Source: Dehalococcoidia bacterium (GTDB lineage: Bacteria > Chloroflexota > Dehalococcoidia > Lucifugimonadales > UBA2985). Taken from it: a DNA stretch of 64,000 nt. Positions 19,281-28,498 of this stretch are shown here, piece by piece (positions within the stretch are counted from its first letter, which is position 1; every line of letters begins with the position of its first letter). The position numbers and the translations under genes were made by a program. A model generated the notes under the pieces. That model made no database searches. It was not told the DNA's origin and was given only the letters and a program-made list of their open reading frames with translations. The stretch covers positions 1,240 to 65,239 of the forward strand of contig DAOUKJ010000048.1 of NCBI GenBank assembly GCA_034421435.1, in the 5' to 3' direction.

Positions 19281-20702
19281 ATGAGCACAGGAGCGGGCAT
19301 GACATCCACCGAAAAGGCAAGGACTCTGGGTGAGCTGAGAGACAGCGGCTACCGCGTCGTCAGCGTCAGGGAGGAGATGAGGCGCAACCTCATCCGCAAG
19401 ATCACGGCGGGCGAGGAGCTGTTTCCTGGCATCGTCGGATACGAGGACACAGTCATACCGGAGGTGGAGAACGCCATTCTAGCCGGTCAGGACGTCATCC
19501 TGCTGGGCGAGCGCGGGCAGGCCAAGTCCAGGCTCATCCGCGCGCTCACGGGGCTGCTGGACGACGCAATTCCATCCGTGGAAGGCTGCGAGATCAACTG
19601 CGACCCCTTTTCTCCCATCTGCAAGGCGTGCGACGACATGCTGATCGAGAAGGGCGACAACCTGCCCATCTCATGGCTGCCGCGTGAGGACCGCTACGCG
19701 GAGAAGCTGGCCACGCCGGACATCGCAGTCGCCGACCTCATAGGCGAGGTTGACCCCATCAAGGTGGCGGAGGGCCGCTACCTCTCCGACGAGCTTACCA
19801 TCCACTACGGCCTCATCCCGCGCACAAATCGCGGCATCTTCTCCATCAACGAGCTGCCGGACCTGGCGGAGCGCATTCAGGTCGGCCTCTTCAACCTGAT
19901 GGAGGAGAAGGACGTGCAGATCAAGGGCTATCGCATCCGGCTGCCCCTGGACGTCTACCTGGTGGCCAGCGCCAACCCGGAGGACTACACCAACCGCGGT
20001 CGCATCATCACGCCTCTGAAAGACCGCTACGGCGCGCAGATACGCACGCACTATCCGCGGCGGTCTGAGGAGGAGATCCGGATCATGGAGCAGGAGGCCT
20101 CCTCCTTCTCAGACGTGGAGGACAGGCTGCTGGTGCCGCGCTACATGAAGGAGATCACGGCGGAGATCACCAGCCTTGCGCGCCGCAGCCCGGAGATCAA
20201 CCAGCGCTCCGGCGTGAGCGTCAGGGTGTCCATCGCCAACTACGAGAGCCTGGTCAGCAACGCCTACCGCCGCAGCCTGCGCCAGCACGAGGAGATGGTG
20301 GTGCCCCGCATCAGCGACCTCGCTGCCATCATACCCTCCACGATGGGCAAGATTGAGCTGGAGACGATGGAGGACGGACGCGAGGGCCGCGTTCTGGAGG
20401 ACCTCACCAAGAGGGCGGTGCTCAACGTGTTCGCGCGGTACCTGGACGTGGACGAGCTGGAGGACATCGTGCTGGGATTCGAGGAAGGGCTGGTGGTGGA
20501 GACGGGCGGCGACAGGCCGTCGTCGGAGTACGTGACGCTTCTCGCGGAGATCGAGGGATTCGACGAGCCACTTCGACGGCTGGGCGTCGACAACAGGCAC
20601 GCGCTGGTGGCGTCCGGCATGGAGTTCATACTGGAGGGGCTGCACCTGAAGCGGCGGCTCAACAAGGACCGCGTGGGCGGGCGCTACCGCTACCGCGGGT
20701 GA
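19281..20702 (+). CDS. AAA+ ATPase, Mg-chelatase ChlI/MoxR-like
   Basis: Walker A-like VILLGERGQAKSRL plus GIFSINELPDL. I chose the start at ATG 19281 (alternative 19299); the 5' part of the 18846 ORF overlaps the ROK gene antisense. Confidence 0.6.
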   Translation: MSTGAGMTSTEKARTLGELRDSGYRVVSVREEMRRNLIRKITAGEELFPGIVGYEDTVIPEVENAILAGQDVILLGERGQAKSRLIRALTGLLDDAIPSVEGCEINCDPFSPICKACDDMLIEKGDNLPISWLPREDRYAEKLATPDIAVADLIGEVDPIKVAEGRYLSDELTIHYGLIPRTNRGIFSINELPDLAERIQVGLFNLMEEKDVQIKGYRIRLPLDVYLVASANPEDYTNRGRIITPLKDRYGAQIRTHYPRRSEEEIRIMEQEASSFSDVEDRLLVPRYMKEITAEITSLARRSPEINQRSGVSVRVSIANYESLVSNAYRRSLRQHEEMVVPRISDLAAIIPSTMGKIELETMEDGREGRVLEDLTKRAVLNVFARYLDVDELEDIVLGFEEGLVVETGGDRPSSEYVTLLAEIEGFDEPLRRLGVDNRHALVASGMEFILEGLHLKRRLNKDRVGGRYRYRG

Positions 20703-20736
20703 TGTGGATTACTACAACACCGCAAGGAGAGGAACC

Positions 20737-21681
20737 ATGACGGACAACCACGTGGAGAACGTGATCATAATCGGCTCAGGGCCTGCCGGCGACACCGCAG
20801 CGCTCTACGCCGCACGGGCCGACCTGCGGCCGCTGATCATCGACGGGGCAACGCCAGGCGGTCAACTCACCATCACCACGGACGTGGAGAACTACCCCGG
20901 CTTCCCGGAGAGCATCATGGGGCCCGACCTCATGTTCAAGTTCAGGGAGCAGGCCGAGCGGTTCGGCACCCGCTACGTCACCGGCAGCGTGTCCGCGGTC
21001 GACTTCTCAAGCCGGCCCTTCCGGCTGGAGGTCGACGAGGAGGACAGCTACTACGCGAAGACCGTCATCATATCGTCGGGCGCCACTGCCAGGCTGCTGG
21101 GCGTGCCGGGCGAGGCGGAGCTGATGGGTCGCGGCGTGTCCGCCTGTGCCACCTGCGATGGCTTCTTCTTCCGCGACAAGGAGCTCATCGTGGTCGGCGG
21201 CGGCGACACGGCAATGGAGGAGTCCAACTTCCTCACCAAGTTCGCCTCCAAGGTCCACGTCGTGCACCGGCGCGACCAGCTACGCGCCTCCAAGATCATG
21301 CAGGAGCGCTCCTTCAACAACCCCAAGATCGACTTCATCTGGGACACTGTGCTGGAGGAGATCTACGGCGTCGACGAAGGCGAGGTGAAGTCCGTCCTGC
21401 TTCGCAACGTGAAGACTGGGGAAGAGGTGAAGCGCCCCATCGACGGCGTGTTCATGGCCATAGGCCACAAGCCCAACACGGAGCCGTTTGTGGGCAAGCT
21501 GGACATCAACGAGAACGGCTACATCGTCACCCACGACGGCACCAAGACCAGCGTGCCCGGCGTGTTCGCCAGCGGCGACGTGCAGGACTGGATCTACCGG
21601 CAGGCGGTGACCGCCGCAGGCACGGGCTGCATGGCGGCGATGGACGCAGAGCACTTCCTGACGGCAAACGGGGAGCTCTAG
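20737..21681 (+). CDS. trxB: Thioredoxin-disulfide reductase
   Basis: IIIGSGPAGDTAALYAAR, redox-active CATCDG, GGGDTAMEE. AAGGAGAGG lies upstream of ATG 20737. Confidence 0.9.
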   Translation: MTDNHVENVIIIGSGPAGDTAALYAARADLRPLIIDGATPGGQLTITTDVENYPGFPESIMGPDLMFKFREQAERFGTRYVTGSVSAVDFSSRPFRLEVDEEDSYYAKTVIISSGATARLLGVPGEAELMGRGVSACATCDGFFFRDKELIVVGGGDTAMEESNFLTKFASKVHVVHRRDQLRASKIMQERSFNNPKIDFIWDTVLEEIYGVDEGEVKSVLLRNVKTGEEVKRPIDGVFMAIGHKPNTEPFVGKLDINENGYIVTHDGTKTSVPGVFASGDVQDWIYRQAVTAAGTGCMAAMDAEHFLTANGEL

Positions 21682-21757
21682 GCGCCGCGCGCGGGCCCCG
21701 CCGATATAGGGCAAATTTGCGCAACTACGCTGCGGATTGGCAGAAAGGATGCCAACT

Positions 21758-21864
21758 GTCATTCTGAACGGAGCGTAGCGGAGTGAAGAATCGCAAGCGG
21801 TCGCAAACAAGGCCACAACACTCTAATGCGAGAGTCCTGGATTCTTCGCTGCGCTCAGAATGAC
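21758..21864. repeat. MITE-like inverted-repeat element
   Basis: The left arm gtcattctgaacggagcgtagcggagtgaagaatc (21758-21792) pairs with the right arm gattcttcgctgcgctcagaatgac (21840-21864). The termini gtcattctga/gaagaatc are perfectly complementary. It lies between trxB and pabB. Confidence 0.7.
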
Positions 21865-21921
21865 CTTGCAGTAGGTGCGTCTCCATAATCTTCGCGAGGT
21901 TTCCGTAGAGGTGGCTCCACA

Positions 21922-23343
21922 TTGAACGCTCAGCCGGTCACAACGCTCGGCACACTGCCGATGGGCCGCTCGTTGCACTCGCTGCCGCATCCGGCGCAGC
22001 TTATGCCGGCGTTCCTCGACATGCCGTTCCCGGTCCTCTTGGACGGCGCCATGCCCGGCGCGCCCGGCAGCCGGTTCTCGTATCTGTCGGCGGACCCGTT
22101 TCTCGTCGTGCGGAGCCGCGGGAATCGCGTATCGCTGCTGCGAAACGGCGTTCTCGAGGAGACCGAGGGCGACCCGTGGACAGTGATGAAGGAGTTTCTG
22201 CAAGACTATCGCGTCGAGCGACGGCCCGGCCTGCCCCCGTTCCAGGGCGGCGTCATCGGCTACTGGGGCTACGATCTGGGCCGCCACCTGGAGCGATTGC
22301 CATCGCAATCGGAGGACGATCTCTGCCTGCCTGAGCTGTACCTGTGCTTCTACGACTGGGTGTTGGCGCACGACGGAGACACAGGCACCTCATACCTCAT
22401 CTCCACCGGCCTGCCCGACGGCTCGGAGCGACGAGCGGAGGAGCGCGAGGCAGAGATTGTGGACAGGCTTGCCGCTGCGCCCGCCGCAGAGCACGCGGAC
22501 GCAGCTGCCTACTGCCCCGCGGAGCTGCGTTCCAACTTCTCGCGCGAGTCGTATATGGCCGTCGTCGAGAGAGTGAAGGCATACCTCGCCGCAGGCGACG
22601 CCTACCAGGTGAACCTGTCGCAGCGGTTCCAGTCGCCCTATGCGGGCGAGTCGTGGCCGCTGTACCTTCGCCTTCGCGAGGCCAACCCAGCGCCATTCGC
22701 CGCGTACCTGGGATTCCCGGAGATGCAGGTGCTGAGCGCGTCGCCGGAAGAGTTCCTTCGGCTGGACGGCGGCCGGGTGAGAGTGCGGCCCATCAAGGGC
22801 ACGCGGCCCGTGGGAGCATCGGACGAAGAGACGGCTGCGCTGGCCGCGGAGCTGCTGGCCAGCGAGAAGGAGCGCGCCGAGAACGTCATGATCGTGGACC
22901 TGATACGCAACGACATCGGTCGCGTCTGCCGCATCGGGTCGGTGGAGGTGCCAAGCCTGTTTGCCGTGGAGCAGCACCCGACGGTGCTGCACCTAGTGTC
23001 CACCGTGACAGGTGAGCTGCGAGAGGGCGCGGACGCCACCGACCTGCTGCGAGCGTGCTTCCCAGGCGGCTCGGTGACAGGCGCTCCCAAGGTGCGCGCC
23101 ATGGAGATCATCGAGGAGCTGGAGCCGGTGCGCCGCGGCGTCTACTGCGGGGCCATAGGCTACGTCTCCTTCAGCGGAGACATGGGCACGAGCATCGCCA
23201 TTCGCACGCTGGTGCTCGCGGGCGGTCAGGCGTACCTGCAGGCGGGCGGCGGCATTGTTGCCGACTCGGAGCCTGCGGCCGAGTACGATGAGACGCTGCA
23301 CAAGGCGAAGGGACTCCGCATGGCGCTGGAGCGCAATGCCTGA
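21922..23343 (+). CDS. pabB: Aminodeoxychorismate synthase component I
   Basis: Chorismate-binding domain with ...FPGGSVTGAPKVRAMEIIEELE...RGVYCGAIGY. The start is TTG 21922 or ATG 21961. Confidence 0.8.
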   Translation: MNAQPVTTLGTLPMGRSLHSLPHPAQLMPAFLDMPFPVLLDGAMPGAPGSRFSYLSADPFLVVRSRGNRVSLLRNGVLEETEGDPWTVMKEFLQDYRVERRPGLPPFQGGVIGYWGYDLGRHLERLPSQSEDDLCLPELYLCFYDWVLAHDGDTGTSYLISTGLPDGSERRAEEREAEIVDRLAAAPAAEHADAAAYCPAELRSNFSRESYMAVVERVKAYLAAGDAYQVNLSQRFQSPYAGESWPLYLRLREANPAPFAAYLGFPEMQVLSASPEEFLRLDGGRVRVRPIKGTRPVGASDEETAALAAELLASEKERAENVMIVDLIRNDIGRVCRIGSVEVPSLFAVEQHPTVLHLVSTVTGELREGADATDLLRACFPGGSVTGAPKVRAMEIIEELEPVRRGVYCGAIGYVSFSGDMGTSIAIRTLVLAGGQAYLQAGGGIVADSEPAAEYDETLHKAKGLRMALERNA

Positions 23344-24208
23344 CGCAGACGCGCTCATGTACGTGAATGGCGAGTTCGTGACCGAGGCCGAGGCAACGAT
23401 CTCCCCGCTCGATCGCGGCTTCACGCTCGCGGATGGCCTGTTCGAGACAATGGTTGCTGCGGGCACCAGGGTGTTCCGCATCGACGACCACCTGGAGCGG
23501 ATGCGCCGCGGCGCCGACCTGCTCCAGCTGCACATGCCGGACGCGGAATTCCTTGAGGCGCTCCTCGAAGAGTGCCTGAGGCGCAGAGGCTTGCCTCTGT
23601 CGGTGGTGAGGCTCACGCTGAGCCGTGGCGTGGACGTCGATCGCGGGCTGAATGCGCCCGCCGCGCTGGACCCCAGCGTGGTCGTTCGAGTCACGCCGTG
23701 GCCCGGACCGCCATCGTCGCTGCCTCCGGGCCGGACGCTCGTTACCTCGACAGTAGCCCGCAACGATCGCTCGCCCCTTTCGAGCGTAAAATCGCTGTCG
23801 TACGTGGACGGCGTCGTGGCGCGGCTGGAGGCGCAGCGCGCCGGCGCAGACGATGCGCTGATGTGCAACACACGCGGCCTCGTGACGGGCGCAACCTCCA
23901 GCAACATATTCGCGGTGATGGGCGGTGTGCTGGTGACGCCGCCCGTGGAGGACGGCGCGCTACCCGGCATATCGAGGCTCACGCTGCTTGAGGAGGCGGA
24001 ACGCCTGGGCATAGCCTGCGAGGAGCGATCGCTTACGACCCAGGACGTGGCCGGTGCAGAAGAGGCGCTGCTATCGAACGTGGTGCAGGGGCCAGTGGCG
24101 GTTGCGTCGGTGGACGGATTGCGGCTGCGTTCGGGCGCGCCGGGCCCGTTGACGCAACAGTTGTGTGATGCGTACTGGTCGCGCGTGCGGCGGGAGGTGG
24201 GGGGATAG
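23336..24208 (+). CDS. pabC: Aminodeoxychorismate lyase (class IV aminotransferase fold)
   Basis: MPDADALMYVNGEFV...SPLDRGFTLADGLFET. ATG 23336 overlaps the pabB stop by 8 nt. Confidence 0.75.
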   Translation: MPDADALMYVNGEFVTEAEATISPLDRGFTLADGLFETMVAAGTRVFRIDDHLERMRRGADLLQLHMPDAEFLEALLEECLRRRGLPLSVVRLTLSRGVDVDRGLNAPAALDPSVVVRVTPWPGPPSSLPPGRTLVTSTVARNDRSPLSSVKSLSYVDGVVARLEAQRAGADDALMCNTRGLVTGATSSNIFAVMGGVLVTPPVEDGALPGISRLTLLEEAERLGIACEERSLTTQDVAGAEEALLSNVVQGPVAVASVDGLRLRSGAPGPLTQQLCDAYWSRVRREVGG

Positions 24209-24226
24209 GGGGGCGGAGGCGTCTAG

Positions 24227-24475
24227 CTACGCCTGCGGGACGGCCGGCGCAGTCAGCATGCCCTCGAGTATGTTCTGCAGCGCCATCGTATGGCTGCAAA
24301 AGCCGCGGATAGCGAAGAAGTCGCAGGTGCACTTGAAGATTCCGTCGCGGTACTCCAGTCGGTGATCGTCGTTCTCGCCCTTAAAGTCGGCCACAAAGCT
24401 CTGGAAGGTTACCCGGCCCTTCTCCTCCGCGTACCTCTTGGCCTTCTCTATCTTGCCGATCACGCTTGAGTACAT
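24227..24475 (-). CDS. Small SWIM-type zinc-finger protein
   Basis: 82 aa. FKCTCDFFAIRGFCSHTMAL fits the SWIM CxCx(n)CxH motif. Confidence 0.6.
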   Translation of the reverse strand: MYSSVIGKIEKAKRYAEEKGRVTFQSFVADFKGENDDHRLEYRDGIFKCTCDFFAIRGFCSHTMALQNILEGMLTAPAVPQA

Positions 24476-24660
24476 AGATGCTCTCCTTTGGCGGCGCAGA
24501 CTTCACCTCAATTCTATGCCCCAGCGCCTTCAGGGTCAATCTCTGGCGCAGGCAATCCTGCGCGAGCATATCGAAGAGCAGCTACACCTGCCGAGCCGAC
24601 CTGTGCTATAATTCACGATACTTCCAGTCGATTGCGTAAGGAGGCAGCCGAGCGACCGTC

Positions 24661-25677
24661 ATGGCCACACTCTACGTAGCATCAGACAGGCCGCGAGCGG
24701 GCAGGACCGCCCTGTGCGTCACCCTGACCCAGCGCCTTCGACAGGACGGCCGGCAGGTGGCCGTGTTCAAGCCGTTCCACTCACCTGCGAACGGCAGCGA
24801 CAGCGACCCCGACGCCGCGATCCTCACGGCCGCTGCGGGCGCGACTGCGCCGGGCGCAGCGTGGCCGATACCCGTGAGCCAGGACGCGACGCCGGACGTG
24901 GCCCGCGCAATGACAGCGTTCGGTGAGGCAACCGCCGGCGCCGACGTTGCCATCGTTGAGGGGCTGAGCGGCTTCGAGGGCGCCACCGGCGAGGCTTCCG
25001 CTCGCCTAGCCAGCGAGATGGACGCCACCGTGATCGCGGTAATCGCATATCGCGAAGGCATCGGTCTGGAGGTGGCCAGGGCCGCCAGGCAGCTCTTCGG
25101 CGATAGGTTGGCCGGCGTCGTCATCAACGGCGTCACAAGGTACAAGTCCCGCGAGGCCAGCGAGCAGCTTGCGCCGCGATTCCAGGCGGCCAACGCGAGG
25201 GTGCTGGCCGCCATCCCGGAGGACAGGAGGCTGCTGGGCGTCACGGCGGGCCAGATCGCCGAACACCTGGGTGGCACCTTCCTCGACTGGGAGGAGAAGC
25301 GCGACAACTTCGTGGAGCACTACCTAATCGGAGGCATGGTGCTGGACTGGGGAGTGCTGTACTTCCAGCGGTTCGAAAACAAGGCCGTCATCGTCAGGGG
25401 AAACCGCCCGGACCTCCAGATGGCTGCGCTAAGGACGCCAACCAGTTGCATTGTGCTAACGGGCGGGCATCCCCCCATCCAGTACGTGAGCTACGAGGCG
25501 GGCGAAGAGGAAGTCCCCCTGATCCAGGTGGAGACGGACACGCTTGAGACCGCCGCCGCGCTGGAGTCGCTACAGGAGCGGACGCAGTTCGACCATCCGC
25601 TGAAGCACGCTCAGTTCCGCGATCTGATGTCTCGCCACGCCGACTGGGACGCGCTGCTCGGCGCGCTGGCCGGCTAG
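24661..25677 (+). CDS. BioD-like P-loop + DRTGG domain protein (Pta N-terminal-like)
   Basis: N-terminal LYVASDRPRAGRTALCVTL...VAVFKPF resembles the non-catalytic N-terminal domains of phosphotransacetylase. No PTA_PTB catalytic domain is present. Confidence 0.55.
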   Translation: MATLYVASDRPRAGRTALCVTLTQRLRQDGRQVAVFKPFHSPANGSDSDPDAAILTAAAGATAPGAAWPIPVSQDATPDVARAMTAFGEATAGADVAIVEGLSGFEGATGEASARLASEMDATVIAVIAYREGIGLEVARAARQLFGDRLAGVVINGVTRYKSREASEQLAPRFQAANARVLAAIPEDRRLLGVTAGQIAEHLGGTFLDWEEKRDNFVEHYLIGGMVLDWGVLYFQRFENKAVIVRGNRPDLQMAALRTPTSCIVLTGGHPPIQYVSYEAGEEEVPLIQVETDTLETAAALESLQERTQFDHPLKHAQFRDLMSRHADWDALLGALAG

Positions 25678-25683
25678 GAACGC

Positions 25684-26124
25684 CTACGGAGCGGGCGGAG
25701 TCGCCGCCGCATCGCCGCTCTGGCTGCCCACCCAGACCTCGCCGCCCTGGAACACCTCTTTCTTCCAGATGGGCACAATCGTCTTGATGCGGTCGATCAT
25801 GTACGCGGACGCCTCCAGGGCCTCCTTGCGATGGGGCGAGCCGATGGCCACCACAAGGCTGATCTCGCCGACGTCCACCCTGCCCACGCGATGAGCGATG
25901 GCCACGTCCTCGATCGCCCACTGCTCCCTGATCTCGTCCACAATCTGCTGCAGCATGTTCTCGGCCATGGGCTGGTAGGCCTCGTACTCTAGGTGGTCCA
26001 CGTCCCGGCCCTCGAACAGGTCGCGGGTGGAGCCCAGGAACGTGACCACGGCGCCGTTGGACGGCTTGCGCACAAGCTCGGTGACCTCCCCTGGATCCAA
26101 GGGGTCGTGCGTGATGCGTATCAT
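25684..26124 (-). CDS. moaE: Molybdopterin synthase catalytic subunit
   Basis: 146 aa. ...GAVVTFLGSTRD...HLEYEAYQPMAE...IAHRVGRVDVGEISLVVAIGSPHRKEA. Confidence 0.85.
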   Translation of the reverse strand: MIRITHDPLDPGEVTELVRKPSNGAVVTFLGSTRDLFEGRDVDHLEYEAYQPMAENMLQQIVDEIREQWAIEDVAIAHRVGRVDVGEISLVVAIGSPHRKEALEASAYMIDRIKTIVPIWKKEVFQGGEVWVGSQSGDAAATPPAP

Positions 26125-26126
26125 CT

Positions 26127-26408
26127 CTAACCTCCGCTTACGGGCGGAATGAATGCGACCTCGTCGCCGTCTTGCAGTGCGGCCTCGTCGCTAACGTACT
26201 CGGAGTTGACGGCTATGAGCACCGGGGCGTCCGCCGGCAGCGATGGGTACTCGCTCCGAAGGCGCTCGAGCAGCTGCGCGGGCGAAGTGCCGTCCGGCAG
26301 CTCCACCTCCGTGTGGGACACGCCGGCCCGCTCTCGATACATGGCGAAGAAGCGCACCGCAACCCTCAAGCCGAGACCTCCAAGCCGCTCATCGATGCCA
26401 GTATACAA
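26127..26408 (-). CDS. moaD: MoaD/ThiS-family sulfur-carrier protein
   Basis: 93 aa ending ...DGDEVAFIPPVSGG (C-terminal Gly-Gly). It lies 2 nt upstream of moaE. Confidence 0.8.
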   Translation of the reverse strand: MYTGIDERLGGLGLRVAVRFFAMYRERAGVSHTEVELPDGTSPAQLLERLRSEYPSLPADAPVLIAVNSEYVSDEAALQDGDEVAFIPPVSGG

Positions 26409-26617
26409 CCCGGCACGGCGGGTGGGGAAGGGCGGGGAGAGATGGATCAGGGCTGCATGACCACCTCTTTATGCACCGAATTGGCCTCTGTATTTGACGT
26501 ACGTTATTGCCATCTATGAGTGCCTTTCCGAACGTAATCTGATACACTGGCAATGCCGAATCGAATAGCAACCCGCTGGCATGTGAACGTATCGGTTGGA
26601 CGGGCCAGGTACCAGAA

Positions 26618-27553
26618 TTGAGCCCTGAAATATACCCTCAGCTTCCTCTACCCGTCACGGATGAAGGCGATTCCTGGCAGGCCACCAGGCCTGCCAGGGC
26701 CGCGCGATCCAAGAAAGCTAACGAATTGGATGGCAGAACGTGGCAGCGATATTCGATTAGCGTTTGGAGTGATATTCGGAAGACCCCAGAGGAACTCCGA
26801 CTAGGTCATCCAGCGATATTTCCTATGCAACTTGTTATGAGGATAATCGAGTGTTTCACATCGAAAGAGGACACCACTGTCCTAGATCCGTTCTGTGGTA
26901 TTGGTTCTACGCCAATTGCAGCTGAACTCCTTGGGAAGCATGGAATTGGCATAGACCTCGAATCTCGATTCTGCAGTATTGCACGTGAGAGGCACCCCTC
27001 AGTCATCTACGAGTTCGACCCGGACGGCACGCATCAAGGTAAGACCCTCCAAGGTGGAGCACGAATCGCGGACGAGTCCGGCACGAGAACTATTCACTGC
27101 GACGACGCGAGAAATCTCCTGAGTCACGTATCCAGAGATTCAATAGATTTGGTGGTCACATCTCCGCCCTATTGGGACATATTGCTCCAAAGCAGGTCCG
27201 CGGATCAGAAGGCAATCCGCAACTACGGGCAGTCTGAGCGAGACATAGGCAGAATCCCCGGATATTTGGAATTCTTGGAAGCGCTTACCGATGTCTTCCA
27301 ACCTACCTATTGCGCGCTTAGGCCAGGGGGATACTGCGTAGTGATCGTTATGGACTTGAGAAAGAAGAATCAATTCTATCCACTGCATGCTGACCTGGCA
27401 CACCAAATGCAGGAGATTGGCTTCATATATGACGACCTAATCATTTGGGATCGCAGACACGAATACAACAACATGAGGCCGCTCGGACATCCCTATAAGT
27501 TCAGAGTCAACAAAGCCCACGAATACGTGTTGATCTTTCAGAAGCCAAGCTAA
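26618..27553 (+). CDS. DNA methyltransferase, N4/N6 (SPPY) type, with motif I upstream of motif IV
   Basis: HPAIFPMQLVMRIIECFTSKEDTTVLDPFCGIGSTPIAA...GIDLE (motifs X/I/II), then DLVVTSPPYWD (motif IV), ending ...NKAHEYVLIFQKP. TTG start with a weak RBS. The gene is lower in G+C than its flanks. Confidence 0.8.
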   Translation: MSPEIYPQLPLPVTDEGDSWQATRPARAARSKKANELDGRTWQRYSISVWSDIRKTPEELRLGHPAIFPMQLVMRIIECFTSKEDTTVLDPFCGIGSTPIAAELLGKHGIGIDLESRFCSIARERHPSVIYEFDPDGTHQGKTLQGGARIADESGTRTIHCDDARNLLSHVSRDSIDLVVTSPPYWDILLQSRSADQKAIRNYGQSERDIGRIPGYLEFLEALTDVFQPTYCALRPGGYCVVIVMDLRKKNQFYPLHADLAHQMQEIGFIYDDLIIWDRRHEYNNMRPLGHPYKFRVNKAHEYVLIFQKPS

Positions 27554-27565
27554 AGTGATGCAAGC

Positions 27566-28498
27566 ATGAGCTACGAGCTGGACTACATGGATGAGGATGT
27601 TGCGTATCTGCTGGGTATGCTTGTTGCACGCGGCGAGGTGATTAGCGGTGAAGGTCTCAATCGCATAATCATTCACTTCCCTAGGGGGCCTCTGTTGGCT
27701 CAAGGCATTAATCTCTCGTTCGATACAGATACTGAGATTCGTCTCGGCATTGAGAAGATTCGTGAACGCGTAGCGGAGCTGCTCGGGGGAGACATTCAGA
27801 CGGTTGTAGGAGATGCCAGCATTGACCTAGTAGTACAGTTCACACGCTCTACCATCGCGTGGCGCGATATTCGAATGCTCCTCAATTACAAGACCAGCTT
27901 CCCCTACTTCCGCATACCTGACCTGTTCTTCGAAGATGGCATCCCGATAGATTGGATCAGAGAGTTCGTGAAAGGCTACTCAGACGTGGCCGGGAATCTG
28001 CGCCCGGCCAATCGGGACCAAGCAGGGAGGTATCGTGTGAGACTCGACACGTTGAATTACCCCTCGAACTGGGAAACACCCGTCAAGCTATGTTTGCTCC
28101 TACAAGACCGTTTGAACGTGCCGGTACCTAGCGTAATCTGGGGCCATCCGAATCTGGGACGAGAATGGCGCGAGCATCAACTCAATGTCTATCCAGAGGA
28201 CTTTCTAAATGTTGGGTTCTACTTCGGATACAAACAGAAAGTACTTGAGGAACTCGCGCGCCACAACAGTTTGAGATTTGCCATCTCCACTAAAGGCTGT
28301 CCTGGTCAGAGGGAGGTGAGAGGAGCCAAGCCCCCGCATGCCGCAGAGGATGACGAGCGGAGATTGCCATCTGAATTGGTAGGCAAGCATTTCAACGGCT
28401 ACTGGCAAATCTGCCGCCAATTGGGATGCCCGAGACGCCCTGATCCCCAAGAGCAGCTAACCCTCGACTTTGAGTCTGACGCAGACGATGAGCAGTGA
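27566..28498 (+). CDS. Hypothetical protein with two degenerate LAGLIDADG-like motifs
   Basis: 310 aa. AYLLGMLVARGE (aa 13-24) and FVKGYSDVAGN (aa 134-144) are spaced about 120 aa apart, as in single-chain LAGLIDADG proteins. Both canonical catalytic Asp positions are non-acidic (R22, A142). It starts 12 nt after the methyltransferase stop. Confidence 0.45.
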   Translation: MSYELDYMDEDVAYLLGMLVARGEVISGEGLNRIIIHFPRGPLLAQGINLSFDTDTEIRLGIEKIRERVAELLGGDIQTVVGDASIDLVVQFTRSTIAWRDIRMLLNYKTSFPYFRIPDLFFEDGIPIDWIREFVKGYSDVAGNLRPANRDQAGRYRVRLDTLNYPSNWETPVKLCLLLQDRLNVPVPSVIWGHPNLGREWREHQLNVYPEDFLNVGFYFGYKQKVLEELARHNSLRFAISTKGCPGQREVRGAKPPHAAEDDERRLPSELVGKHFNGYWQICRQLGCPRRPDPQEQLTLDFESDADDEQ

